Assembly: GCF_018350175.1 (NCBI RefSeq)
Contig: NC_058368.1
Coordinates: 182,964,001 to 183,028,000 of the forward strand
Direction: 5' to 3'
Length of the DNA: 64,000 nt
Source: Felis catus
Taxonomy: Eukaryota
In this document: positions 39,407-52,402 of the stretch, piece by piece
Position numbering within the stretch: position 1 is the first letter of the stretch
How the letters are laid out: the number at the start of each line of letters is the position of its first letter
The notes under the pieces: model-generated
The model's database searches: none
Seen by the model: only the letters and a program-made list of their open reading frames with translations
Told to the model about the DNA's origin: nothing
Translations under genes and position numbers: made by a program

Positions 39407-40249
39407 AGAGACTGCAATGTATTTTAATCAGTTGTTTTATCCAGATATCTTACATTTTATATCTTCTTATCATTCCAAGTGATTCTCAACAAAACCTGAA
39501 TCCTTTTGAAATATAGCTGTATAAAGGTATACAAAAAAATAACAATATAGAATACTGTAATCACGTTTTCACTAAATTCTCAGGTGGAATTATATTGATA
39601 GACATATTTCAAATTGCAAAAGATCATGACTGAACCCTGACATGGAATCTACTAAAGGGCTAAAGCATCCTTCCAAGGAGTCCAACTTGAACTACAGACG
39701 TTCTAAGACATTACAAAATAAGTCCTATAAGGAGGAAAAAGTCCTGCCCTTTGGTTTGTGAATAACTTCTTTGAGTGGGGATAAAAAAAATCCTCTGAAT
39801 CCTGGTTGATATTGTTAATCAACCACCAATTCTTCAAAGGTAAGGGACTGAAATAAAATCCACAGCAAAAAACGACTATTTAAATTTCAACTCTCAATGA
39901 CTTTATGTGGCCCAGGTAACAGAATATTTTTTTTCCTATTAAAATTGTTTCTTATTGCTACAGAAAATAAATCAATGCTATATTGTTAATTAGTAAATTT
40001 GTTATAAAGTGTAAAATTTCTTATACTGTGAGTTCAGTTCAAGTAAAGCAGTCAACTCCTGGCCAATGTTTGCTAACCTTGGAATGTTGTATATCATGAT
40101 TTAAATTCACTAGAGCCATTTCTTCCTCATTTGGAGGTGAGAATTAAGACATACAGAATTGTTTCATATTATACTCATGTGTAGATGGAACGATCAGCCC
40201 ATGGAAAAGACCAATAAATAGAACCATGGATGTAACAAACAAACAAACA

Positions 40250-40803
40250 CTTTGATAAATGTTAATCATTTAAGATGAACACAATTCCTGGATAAAAATT
40301 AGAGAAATACAGCAACTACATTAAAGTTGACGAAGGGCATCTGTATAAATAAAACTGCAGCAACCATCTTACACAATAATGAAAGGTTAGGATGATCCTC
40401 CCTAATATCTAGTAAGACAAAAATATCACTGTCTCATATTCAAAATCGGCCTGGAATAAAGTATGAAAAGCAAAATAGGAATAAGGATCAAAACAAAGAA
40501 ATGGAATTGCCATTATTCACAGATAATAATTCATGGTTACTTCTACAGATATCCAGAGAAAATTATATATAAAACTTTTCTAATAATAAAAGTTTTCATT
40601 GAGGATTCTGGATTTATAATCAATATGTTGAAAAGCCAACCCAATTCTTTACTTAGCACCAACAATTAGAAAATGTTTTTATAAGGATAAAGGCCCCAAA
40701 CAACAACATATTTAGAGAATGAATGTACGAAAAATGTGCAACTAAATAAATGGAAATAAATTCCATTTTCTGGTTTGGTATGAATGAAAAGCATACAGAT
40801 GCA

Positions 40804-40846
<43 letters not shown>

Positions 40847-41010
40847 TCTATTAAATTAAAGCAATTTCACTAAAAATGTCCTTAGAACTTTTCAGAGTAC
40901 ACCAAATATTCCTGAAAATAATAAATACAGAAAGACAAAATTAACACAGACAATTTTGAACAAGAATAAAGTGTGTGGTTCACATGGCCAGATGGGAAAT
41001 ATACCATTAA
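40250..41010 (+). mobile_element. Ancient L1M ORF2 (RT-region) relic
   Basis: Degenerate L1 motifs gaagggcatct, ttgccattattcacagataat, ctaaataaatggaaa, acaattttgaacaagaataaagt; (TA)n at 40806-40842. Confidence 0.6.
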
Positions 41011-41589
41011 AGGCTTCCATTATGATTCTAATGTGAAGGTTAAAAAATGCACTTATGTCATAAGTTTCTCATATATTTATGGGCGAAGTATTAAATATTT
41101 ATATATTTTAGAAGTGATGTTTTTAGAAGGAAGGAAGGAAAGTACCATGGATACAAAGAAATCACATTTTTATCATTCAGCCCGAATCTGGATATCACCT
41201 CTTCTTTGAAGCAATCTTACATTTAACTCAGTAGGTTTCAAAACTCCTTACTTAATTTAAGTAAATTTAACTTAATCCTATTATTGTAGTTCATTCACTG
41301 TATTCTAATTATCTCCTTATTTACCTTTCTCTCTTAACAGATTAAGATTTCATTCAAGGCAAGATCTATGGTATATTAATATTAATATCACTAAATTCAT
41401 CAAAAGGATCTGTAGTCATCAAAGTGGTACAGCATGATTTTTTAAGGAAACAAATAGAATTGTGGACTTGGAGGTTATGCTTCAAGAGAATTAAGCATGG
41501 ACTTCTCTGTATTTCCAAGAATGACAAAAACAGCAAAAACTTTTCTAGACCCAGAAATAGTTTTTTTTTGATACATCTGAATATGTATC

Positions 41590-41685
41590 ATAAATACATA
41601 CATTTATATATATATATGTATATATATATTTACATATATATATACACACATACATACACATACATACATACATACACATGTATGC
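41590..41685. repeat. Compound (TA)n/(CATA)n low-complexity tract
   Basis: Directly visible. Confidence 0.85.
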
Positions 41686-42380
41686 ACATCTTTGTTTACC
41701 TAATACATCAAGCAAACATTTATGCACATATATGTATATCTGTACACACTTATTTGGATACCTAGGTAACCTCATTTGACTCAATCTAATATAAACATCA
41801 CTTAAAATGAAGTTTTACTCTAGATTATTCCAAGCTTCATTCTTCATCTATGTCAATCAGGGAGCACCCCTAACACCCTTACAATTCCCTCATCTTTGCT
41901 CCTCAGCTCTTATTCTCTGTCCTTCTGCCTGCCTTTTAAGTTAACACTCTTAAAAACCTTCTTTGAAATGTTTACTAAAGCTAGCATCAGACCATGTTTC
42001 TTCCCTGGTGTTAAATCAACACTTCCCACTACATCTAGTTTTTGACTGCTGAGTTTAACACTGGGAGGAGGTGAGGATTTCTGTGTCTGCCAATTGGCAG
42101 TGCTTGGAAAGAAATCTGGCATCAGAACAATTGCACATTTAAAGCCCATGTCACCAGGCCTCTTTTCACTGGGCATTTTCTCTGTTCTTTTCATGGACGT
42201 TTGTTCCTGTAAAACTTCCTATAACTCTCACAAAGGATAATAAAATGAGGGATAGTCTTTGTAGAAATTAAATTTTACACAAAATGGAATGTGTTATCTG
42301 GGGATGATGGAACAGAATATCGAGAGTGACTATCACAAGAAAAAAACTTAAGTTTTTATATGGTTTAAAGAAACAAACTG

Positions 42381-42618
42381 GAGGCGCGTGGGTGGCTCAT
42401 TCCGTAGAGCATCTGACTTTGGCTCAGGTCATGATCTTAGGTTAGTGAGTTCGAGCCGTGTGTCGGGTTCTGTGTTGATAGCTCAAAGCTCGGAGCCTGG
42501 ACCCTGGAGGCTGCTTTGGATTCTGTGTCTCCCTCTTTCTCTGGCCCTCTCCCATTCACACTCTGTCTCCTTCTCTCTCAAAAATAAATATTGAAAAAAA
42601 ATTTTAAAAATTAAAAAT
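42381..42618 (+). mobile_element. Can-SINE
   Basis: TSD aaagaaacaaactg at 42367-42380 and 42619-42632. Confidence 0.96.
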
Positions 42619-43348
42619 AAAGAAACAAACTGTATCTAGACAAGAGTAAGTTTCTTGAAAACTAGACTGAAATACTGTGCCTGGCCAAATGACAACTGGA
42701 AAATCATAAAATGGAATAATACACTTTAAAAAGTAAGCATTCTAAAATTTATCTCTCTGGTTAAGAGAGAGTAGGCTAACATTTTCAGTATAAGAATCAG
42801 AAAGAAAAAAACTGGATAATTTATAATCATATTTCAATTTTTTTCTCTTGTGCATTTTTCTTTATTCACTACTAACTTTATAACATCAAGTTTTTGATTA
42901 TTTTTTTAATTTTACTTTATTTTTAATCATGATTTTAAATAGGCCATATTGTTGAAGAAAAACAAAGACTTGATGAACTAAAGATTTGAAAAAATATATA
43001 GCCCTGGCCTAGAAGTTTAACAATTGTTGTGGACCTTTGCTAATTCTAGTTACAAGCTAAGGATGAGACTTGGGCTGGGCAGAGTAACTAAACTAAGAGA
43101 AAAGAAAAGAAAAATAAAACAAAACAAAACAAAACAGCTAAGTACTCATGGTCTGGTGGGTGAGCAGGCATGAGAGCCTGAAATTTAGGAAAGCCCTCAA
43201 AACATGACCAGTTTTCCCTAATTAAAACTTACTGAGTTCTGAAGCAATAATGGAGGTTAGGGAGCTTCTCCAGATACCTAAAAGGTAGAAAGCAATCTCC
43301 ATCTTGTCATGATTCTTAGGAGAGAAAGTCTAATAGAAAGATGTCTGA

Positions 43349-43586
43349 GGGGTGCCTGGGTGGCTCAATTGGTTAAGCATCTGATTTCTGCTCAGGTCAT
43401 GATATCATGGTTTGTGAGTTTGAGCCCCGCATTGGGCTCTGTGCTGACAGCTCAGAGCCTGGAGCCTGCTTCGGATTCTGTGTTTCCCTTTCTCTCTGTC
43501 CCTCTTCCGCTCAAGCTCTATCTCTCTCTCTCTCTGTCTCTCAAAAATAAATAAACATTAAAAATAATTATAATAAAAAAATAAAA
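43349..43586 (+). mobile_element. Can-SINE
   Basis: TSD agaaagatgtctga at 43335-43348 and 43587-43600. Confidence 0.97.
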
Positions 43587-44255
43587 AGAAAGATGTCTGA
43601 GACTAGTTGTCCCTCACAACATATGCCAAAATATAAGCAACATTAGGCAGGAGGCTAACGAGCTTGATTCAAAACCTCTAAAGAGGATAACTGAATTACT
43701 TTCCATCTTTCAGAGCTAAAGAAATAAAGAGCTGTAAGCCTCTCAATCAAGAGTCTGTGAGAGACATGTTTGAAGAATTATAGATACTCCATACATGAAT
43801 TAAAGGTTACTAAATTCACCTGATTATATTGAGCAATTAATTAGACCTTCATACTATCTACTTAACAGAGGAAAGAATAAAGGGGACAAATCCTCTGCAG
43901 ATTTCTTGGTTCTCCTACACAACTTCCAGACTGTCATATAATCTATATTGATTTATTTAAAGAAGTCAAATATTTCATGTATGAATGAAAATACCTAATG
44001 AAGTAAAAAATATATATATTAAAACATAATTGAGAATTACTGATTTTTGAGAGGAATCTCAACTTAGGGATATAAACATGAAGTGATTTTACTTCTTCCA
44101 ATAATTACCTCTTAATTTCCCATATTAAAGTCAATTTTCTTGCTAGATAGTGTTTTCTTACTGTCATTTGGTCCCAATTCTATAATTCTTCATCCAAGTT
44201 CATTCAACTGAATTTATGAGAATGATCCTATTCTAATATTGGACAATGAGTCTTT

Positions 44256-44435
44256 GTAGTATAGACTAGTTACCTCTTCATGAAACCCACTCACTGTATC
44301 TCTAGGCACGTGGGTAAAATTAGTATCCCAGCTCACTTGCAGTTAAGTGTGAATGAATGTGGTATTTCTGACCAATGGAACTGATGTGTTCCACTTACAG
44401 TGAAAGCCCACAGAAAATACCCATGCAGAACCCTT
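44256..44435 (+). mobile_element. Old ERVL/MaLR LTR 5' fragment (MLT1/LTR16-like)
   Basis: cttgcagttaagtgtg...ttctgaccaatggaa...tgatgtgttccactt motif. Confidence 0.45.
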
Positions 44436-44473
44436 AGCGCCAGCCAGTATCAACAGGTATTTTTTGTTTGTTT

Positions 44474-44511
<38 letters not shown>

Positions 44512-44543
44512 GTTTTGGATCTCTTGTGGTATAGTGAGCTTTT

Positions 44544-44774
44544 TTTTTTTTAATTTTTTTTTCAACGTTTATTTATTTTTGAGACAGAGAGAGACAGAGC
44601 ATGAACAGGGGAGGGGCAGAGACAGAGGGAGACACAGAAACTGAAACAGGCTGCAGGCTCTGAGCAATCAGCACAGAGCGCGACGTGGGGCTCGAACTCA
44701 CGGGCCGTGAGATCATGACCTGAGCGGAAGTTCCGAAGTCGGACGCTTAACCGACCAAGCCACCCAGGCGCCCC
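44544..44774 (-). mobile_element. Felid SINE (fairly young)
   Basis: CpG-rich body; TSD atagtgagctttt at 44531-44543 and 44778-44790. Confidence 0.97.
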
Positions 44775-45185
44775 TAGATAGTGAGCTTTTGATGGACTTG
44801 TTTCCTAAACGTAGTTGGAACTGTCCACCATCTTTACCGCCATCCTATTTCAATTACACATGACTCAATTCATTAAAATTTCAATTTACACATGACTCAA
44901 AGCATTTTTTCCTCTCCCCTTACCACTCTGGACCAGTGGCTCAATGACTTAGGTGGAGAAAAGGAGAAGGCATGGGCTGGTGGATTTCAGAAACCTCTTT
45001 TCCGTCTTACTTCCAGACTCTTACAAGGTTAGGCTACATATAATTAGTCATTATTCCTATATGACAGGAATGTTTTACTTGGTGCAAATAGAATCCTATC
45101 ACATAAGCCAAACTTTCAAAAAGGACTTTGTGAAATAAATTCTGAGAGGGATGCAACGAGGGCCTCTAAATTTTAGCATCTAGTT

Positions 45186-45403
45186 GTTTTTTGTTGCTGT
45201 TGTTTATTTTTTATAATTTTTTTTTTTTTTTTTTACTTTTTAGGTGTATTTATTTATTTTGAAGTGGTGGCAGAGAGAGAGAATATCAAGCAGGCTCCAT
45301 GCTGTCATCACAGAGCCCAACACTGGGCTCTATCTCACAAACCACGAGACCATGACCTGAGCTGAAATCAAGAGCTTAACTTATTGAGTCACCCAGGTGG
45401 CCC
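45186..45403 (-). mobile_element. Can-SINE (older, short)
   Basis: TSD tagcatctagtt at 45174-45185 and 45404-45415. Confidence 0.95.
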
Positions 45404-46769
45404 TAGCATCTAGTTTTCCAGAAATGTTTTTTGGACAAAATAAAACCTTCAAGTTCACAAGGTAATTAATGAATGAATATTTTAAACTATAAATTCTGCT
45501 TTGAGTGAAACGTTATTACCCTTCTTTTTCATCCAGAAGCTTTAAACATGCTTTGAACAGAATCTCCTAGTAATACCCACATTAGGATCATTGCCTTGCT
45601 GTAGTTATTGCTTATTAGAGTATCATAGAAATCACTGAAATGCAACATCGTGGTCTGCCAAAGAGCATTCCTTTCAATCTGTTCTTGTCTGCCAGCAGAA
45701 GACAGGGAAGATACACTAGGGACAAAAAGATACAACTTGGAATAATAAACAAGATTGTGATATCTTTTGTGACAAATATAGAGAGCATGTAAAATCTGAA
45801 GGGGCTGACAATTTATTCCTCCATACCAAATTAAACTCACCAAAAATGTTGAGTCCTTTTTAATGTTTTCATTATAAAAACATGTCCCTAAAGATTAAAA
45901 AACAGAAACTAAATGAAAAATGAGCTCATTCATCCTGATTTTAGATAAGCAAATGTATATTACCTTCTTTTCCTTTTAAAGTTTACATGCACTACATACA
46001 CAGCTCACACATGTGCAAACTTGCACACCTGTAAACATGCATGCAAACAAAATACTGTCGTGGGCGATCTGCTGATCAGAAAGCTTTCCAACAATCTATA
46101 AAGTGATTCAATGATGTAGAAAAGTTACAAATTATGAAAGTCATAAAGTTCTATGCCTTTTTCCTTTATATCCAATTTAATGACATGTACTGTTATTTCT
46201 TCCTTCTTAAATACCTCTGAGTTTATTTCTTTTCCTCTATTCTTGCAACCCCCAGTCCCTGAGCTACTTCGTGTCTACATTACATCAATAGACTTTTGCT
46301 TTCAGAGTCTTTCTGCTTCAAACTTTTCCAGTCCCATTGGTGAAGATGTCTTTCTAAAATAACCCCTTTCATTGTTACATGTCCCTCTTCCTAGGCTTAT
46401 GGCTCCTCTGGGAAAACCACTTGGGAAATTGTTCAAAAGTGTTTTGCTCTTTTGATGTCATGTTTAAATCTATGAGGATGTTTTCCATGCTTGATGGAGA
46501 AATTCCTTTAACATAAGACTACATGACAAAGGGACTTCTATGAGCCAAGCCAAGCTGGTAAGATATGAGAAGGACAGAAGTAATTAGCAAAGCAAATAAA
46601 CCCAGAGCACAATCAGTATATGGCAGATATCTGCATATGCATCATCTAATAGAGTGCTGAAAGGAAATTTCCTATGGAGGTTGGGAGTTTGAAAGAAATG
46701 TCTCCAGCAGTACCTTAAAAGCACTGTATTCAATATTAAACTCAACATAGTCTCTTCTAAAAGTATTCC

Positions 46770-47580
46770 TCGTAATCCTCCTTCCAAATTCTTTATCTTA
46801 ATGAATGGCACAATCAGATTCTATGTTAACCAAGATGAAAACTTAAGAGATTTAGTTACATCCTATTAATGGTATTTACTTCAAATCTCAGGGATCTGCC
46901 TCTTGTGATGTATCCTTAAACCACCCAGGTCGCCTCTCAACTTAACTGCAGTGGTGATATCTACTTTCGATTCCTACTTTCCGGTCTCCCATTTTTCTAA
47001 TGATATTTGCCACACTTCTTCCAAATTCATATTCCTGAAATTTAAAGCTACCTAAAACTTTCAATAGCTTATCCATTCTGTAGTATAATTCAGAATTATT
47101 TACTAATTAAATTATCATAATTATCATCATCATCATCATCATCATCACCATCACCATCATCTTTTCTCTAAGTAACTCCAATCTTCTCTCTTCTTCAATC
47201 TCTTCCTTAACTTGAACACTAAACTGGTGATTCCTTAAGTGCCTTATCCCCTTTGCTTACACTGTTTTTTCTTCTTAGAATGCTATTCTCCTTTACTTAG
47301 TTTATATTCACCCAGAGTTGAGTCTGCAACATTTGCTGATCTTCCATGTAGACATAACCAGATCTCTTGGGCATGCTCCGCACAATATAGACTTCTATTA
47401 TAACACCATAGCACTCTACTTCACTTTATCTGTACCTAGTTTATTCTTCATCTACTAGTTTTTATCAGTACCGTGACCACTTATTATATTGTTTAGATAA
47501 ATAATTATCTTTAAAACGTCATTTAATGAATGAACAAATGAATGGATAGATATCTGGATGGATTGGTGGATGGATAAACA
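46770..47580 (+). mobile_element. L2 relic with an internal (CAT)n and a (TGAA/TGGA)n tail
   Basis: tctttatcttaatgaatggcac, cttagaatgctattctcc, terminal aatgaatgaacaaatgaatgg; (CAT)n at ~47122-47161. Confidence 0.5.
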
Positions 47581-48181
47581 TATGAATATAAGTATAGCTC
47601 TTTCCTAATCTAAAATTTCATTATTTTATGAGCTTTTAATGAAGTTTAAAGTTGTGATCATAGCGGCTATGAGATTGAGTAGAAGACTCAATATGTCAAG
47701 CACCCCAGAGGAAAAGAACAAAATCAGACAATCTTTCCTTGCCAGAAGTAGAAATCATAAAGGTAAGAATAGTTTAGAAAGGCACATATTAGGTGTCTTG
47801 TCTTTTTGACCTTGAGAATTGAGTTACTATGTGAACTAAGATATGAACAGGCCCAGAGAATGTCTCATTCCTTCAGTATGATTGACACGAAGAAAAAGGT
47901 ATTCGATATTCTATGTAAAAAAAAAAATCATTTGAAAGTCTTTGGTTCTAAAGTCTCATAAGCTTCACATGGAAAAGTTTTATGAGAGAATTCAAGACAA
48001 AATGCTGACTCAGTTCTTCCTTCAAAGAGCTTAAAAACCAGTAAGAGGGACAGACTGAAATATTTTCATAAAATATATTTCATTTTTCATTTAGTGAGAG
48101 ATAGGAGAATTTCAGTGTTAAGAGAATATGAGGGGAAAGGCACGTGTAAGTATAATCAGGAAGTTTAGAGAGGTGTAATTT

Positions 48182-48404
48182 TTTTTTTTAATTTTTTTTT
48201 CAACGTTTATTTTATTTTTGGGACAGAGAGAGACAGACCATGAACGGGGGAGGGGCAGAGAGAGAGGGAGACACAGAATCGGAAACAGGCTCCAGGCTCT
48301 GAGCCATCAGCCCAGAGCCTGACACAGGGCTCGAACTCACGGACCGCGAGATCGTGACCTGGCTGAAGTCGGACGCTTAACCGACTGCGCCACCCAGGCG
48401 CTCC
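48182..48404 (-). mobile_element. Young felid SINE (SINEC_Fc-type)
   Basis: CpG-rich; perfect TSD agagaggtgtaattt at 48167-48181 and 48405-48419. Confidence 0.98.
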
Positions 48405-49729
48405 AGAGAGGTGTAATTTAAGCTGGGACATGAACAATGAGAAAGAGGCTAAGTAGGTTGAAATGAAGGTATTGTAGGGGACATGGGGAGAGAGAAATGG
48501 TTCAAGCTTTTACTAACCCAAGAGTCCATGGCACCAATTCCATGATTATTGACCATGATTTGCAATAAAGTTCATCAGATTCAAAAGGACTTAACTGTCA
48601 ATGGATTTGGGTTATAATAAATGATAAGAGCCTGAATTTAAGTGGAATTTAGGTAGTTTCCAGTAACTTGGGGATTTTATTATAATTTATTTTTATGTAA
48701 TAAGATTTTTACCCATATTAAATCGTTGTCACCTCTGCCACCAAGTCAATGTTAATTAATGGAAAGGCTGCAGTTTTTAAATCAAGTAATATTCGGAGCT
48801 AAATAGACTCTACTATTCTGTTTGATAAACAACAGTCTCATCAAGATGGACTATTGAGAGATTATTTTTCTAGAACAATTATGAAATTGGCCCAGCATAA
48901 ATACACTAATTTAAGTAGATAGAGTATGTTTGGTTTATTGAAATGAATCCTTTCAGCAGCGAAAAAACACCCTTGAGAATGTTGTTAAGACAATGTAACA
49001 AGTTAGATTAATATAGATTTGACCAGCAAATGATTCCTCACTTACTGGCCTTTGGATTTCAATAATATTTAGCCAGAGGCTGTTTTTCAAGTACTGTCAC
49101 TTGGGCTTTTTATAATGAAAGGCAGAAAGGAAGCTTTAATGAGCTCTACCCAAGTTCATAACATTCAGACTCCAAAACCCAGGAAACAAAACCAGCCACC
49201 TGTAAATGTTTGACCTATTGTTCAGAAGGGAATTCTTTGCAAAGAGGTAGAGATTTGTAGAATATAGAAGTGAGGGTGGGAAAATGCCGACAGATAAAAC
49301 TTTCCTACTTGCAAATTTAATAAAGCCAGCCTGATTCTACCCTTTTAGGTAAAATTATTCAGGAGTATATTCCCAGAGTGATCTGGAAAAATAACTTGCA
49401 TTGAAAATTGTGCTCAATACATTAGCACAATTGTGACAACTGTGACAGGTCTGTTACTCCAAAAGTCCTAGTGAATGTGTTAAATATTTTTTTTTCCTGA
49501 TAACCCAAAATTTTGGAAATTTTTTGGAATATCTTTAGAGGGAGTAAATAAAGCTACATCTCATAGGAGTTTAACTCTAGACCTGCCATTCTCTCAGTGA
49601 GCACTGATATGTATTAGCAAAAAGGGGCTGGGGGATAGGACTTAAAATAATGTGAAATTAAAAGTTCCATTTATAAAATACTTACGATGAACATTTGACT
49701 AGATATTTTATCAGGGCTACTGTACAAGG

Positions 49730-49850
49730 AAAGTATTTCTATTTTACAAATAAAGAAATTCAAACTATGATAGGTAAGTAACTTGCACAAAGTCATATAT
49801 CTAGTAAATAGGAAGGCTGGGATTCAAACTCAGAATTTTCTGATTCCAGG
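49730..49850 (-). mobile_element. MIR SINE
   Basis: attttacaaataaagaaatt...aagtaacttgcacaaagtcata...gctgggattcaaactcag core. Confidence 0.75.
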
Positions 49851-49934
49851 GAATAAGCAATTCTCTAGCATGACCCTAGTTCATTTTCCTCAAATGTGAA
49901 TCTTACCTGTACCAATTTAAATTTTCATCTGCCT

Positions 49935-50157
49935 AGGGCGCCTGGGTGGCTCAGTTGGTTAAAGCATCAGACTTCACCTCAGGACATGAAGTCATGATTC
50001 CTGAGTTTGAGCCCCTCATCCAACTCTCTGTTCTCAGCACAGAGCCCGATTGAGACCCTCTGTCCTCTCTCCTCTGCTCCTCCCTGTTTCTCTCTACCCA
50101 TCCACCGCTCATGCACATGCCTATGCTCTCTCTGCCTCTCAGAAATAAACATTAAAA
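49935..50157 (+). mobile_element. Can-SINE
   Basis: gggcgcctgggtggctcag head, aaataaacattaaaa tail; atctgcct on both flanks. Confidence 0.93.
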
Positions 50158-50419
50158 GTTCGTATCTGCCTGAATTATGTCATTTAGAGAAAAGGTTTTT
50201 AATCTTTATATTTGTGTGTGTGAATGTATGCATGCGTGTATGCACATGTGTGTGAATGCATGTGTTCCCTATAGACCTAGAGAGTATCAGAAGAGCTGGA
50301 ATCATTTCTACAATATTCTCATATTCTTTAGGATTTTTCTGTAAATTCATAAAGAAAAATTGGGGCATGAAGTGATGATCCTGTGATTATTTTTACTGAA
50401 GCTCGTTTTTAAAGAATTT

Positions 50420-50985
50420 AAAACATCTCATTTGTTTGAATAGAGAATAGTGACATATGACTCCAAATTTAAAAAGCATAAACGTTTATACAATGATAGT
50501 CCCCTCTAAACTTTGCCACCAGCCAACCAGTTTTCCTGCCTCAGTCATCTAGTGTGATCAATTATTTGAATATCCTGGCAGTTCTTTTTTTCTTTTATAC
50601 TTACACAAGTAAATACACACACATACATATTGAAAACATGTATAAATGTATCTCATATACTTATAGTTCCTCTTTATTAACAAAAGGGTAATCGATTATA
50701 CTTCTGCACATCTCAGCATCTTTATTTTCTTTTAGCATTATTCCATGTCAATACATAATGAGCTTCCCTGTCTTTTTATGGTTATCCATTACTCTATTAT
50801 ACATATGCACCATAATTTATGTAATTAGACTTTTTTATAATGGACCTTTAAGACATTTCTGAGTTTTTTCAAAAAAAAACTTAAATTAATATCTTTTCAT
50901 ACATAAGTGATTTCTTATAAATTCAAGTGGAATTGACAGGTCTAAGGATGTGTATCTTTATAATTTTGATATACAATTGTATGGT
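50420..50985 (-). mobile_element. Ancient L1ME-type 3' end
   Basis: ttccatgtcaatacata, atgcaccataatttat, aagtggaattgacaggtctaaggatgtg resemble antisense L1ME. Confidence 0.6.
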
Positions 50986-51239
50986 CCACGAATCACGTTA
51001 TGGAAAACAAGCAATGCAGAATGAAAGCCCCTATCAGTAAAAATAAAAAGATCTGTAATTCACAGAATGTAACAGAGCTGCATTCTTAAGACTAAATTAA
51101 GATAAAACTCACAAATCACACGAATCATAAATTCTCTCATGGAGAATTCATAAAGCTCCCATGGAGCTTTCTCTGTTACCCACTCTCAAATTAGTAAGTA
51201 CAACAAAAACTGCCATTTAACGGACACTTACAAAGGCTA

Positions 51240-51435
51240 GACTTGTATACACAGTATTACATGTAATCCTCATAACAACCCTACAAGGTGGACACTATTA
51301 GCACCATTTTACAAATAAGGAAGTTAAGGCTGAGAAATTAATTAAAAGGGGAAACTTTATATATCAAGTAATTGATGGGGCTTAAGCAACAAACCCAGGT
51401 AGAGCTGATTCCGAATATCTTTACAAGACCACATA
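51240..51435 (-). mobile_element. MIR SINE
   Basis: taatcctcataacaaccctacaaggtgg...ccattttacaaataaggaagttaaggctgaga. Confidence 0.75.
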
Positions 51436-51490
51436 ATGTTGTATGAGAGAGAATAAAATGGACAAATTTAAATTTTGAAATGCATCTAAG

Positions 51491-52402
51491 AATCTCTTGG
51501 AAAATTCCTAGCAGTGCTACTGCTGGGTCATAGGGTAGATCTATTTTTATTTTTTGAGGAACCTCCACACTGTTTTCCAGAGCGGCTGCACCAGTTTGCA
51601 TTCCCATCAACAGTGCAAGAGGGTTCCCGTTTGTCCATGTCCTCACCAGCACCTATAGTCTCAGGATTTGTTCATTTTAGCCACTCTGACTGGCATGAGG
51701 TGATATCCGAGTGTGGTTTTGATTGTATTTCCCTGATGAGGAGCGACGTTGAGCATCTGTTTATGTGCCTGTTAGCCATCTGGATGTCTTCTTTAGAGAA
51801 GTGTCTATTCAAAATTAAAAATAGATCTACCCTAGGACTTAGCAATAGCACTGCTAGGAATTTACCCAAGGGATACAGGAGTACTGATGCATAGGGGCAC
51901 TTGTACCCCAATGTTTATAGCAGCACTTTTAACAATAGCCAAATTATGGAAAGAGCCTAAATGTCCATCAACTGATGAATGGATAAAGAAATTGTGGTTT
52001 ATATACACAACGGAATACTACGTGGCAATGAGAAAGAATGAAATATGGCCTTTTGTAGCAACATGGATGGAACTGGAGAGTGTTATGCTACGTGAAGTAA
52101 GTCATACAGAGAAAGACAGATACCATATGTGTTCACTCTTATGTGGATCCTGAGAAACTTAACAGAAGACCATGGGGGAGGGGAAGGAAAAGAAAACAAA
52201 TTTAGAGAGGGAGCCAAAACATAGGAGACCCTTAAAAACTGAGAACTGAGGGTTGATGGGGGGTGGGAGGGAGGGGAGGGTGGGTGATGGGCATTGAGGA
52301 GGGCACCTGTTGGGATGAGCATTGGGTGTTGTATGGAAACCAATTTGACAATAAATTTCATATTTAAAAAATAAATAAATAAACATTAAAAAATAAAAAA
52401 AA
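51491..52402 (+). mobile_element. Felid L1 3' end with 5' inversion (inverted 51491-51810, sense 51811-52402)
   Basis: Minus-strand [15 protein letters not shown]; plus-strand [29 protein letters not shown]; 3'UTR and A-tail; TSD gaaatgcatctaag / gaaattcatctaag (51477-51490, 52403-52416). Confidence 0.96.

Noticed and set aside
43030..43935. Possible ancient L1M 5'-end relic around the SINE
   Set aside because: Only a faint resemblance from memory; boundaries cannot be supported without a Dfam search.
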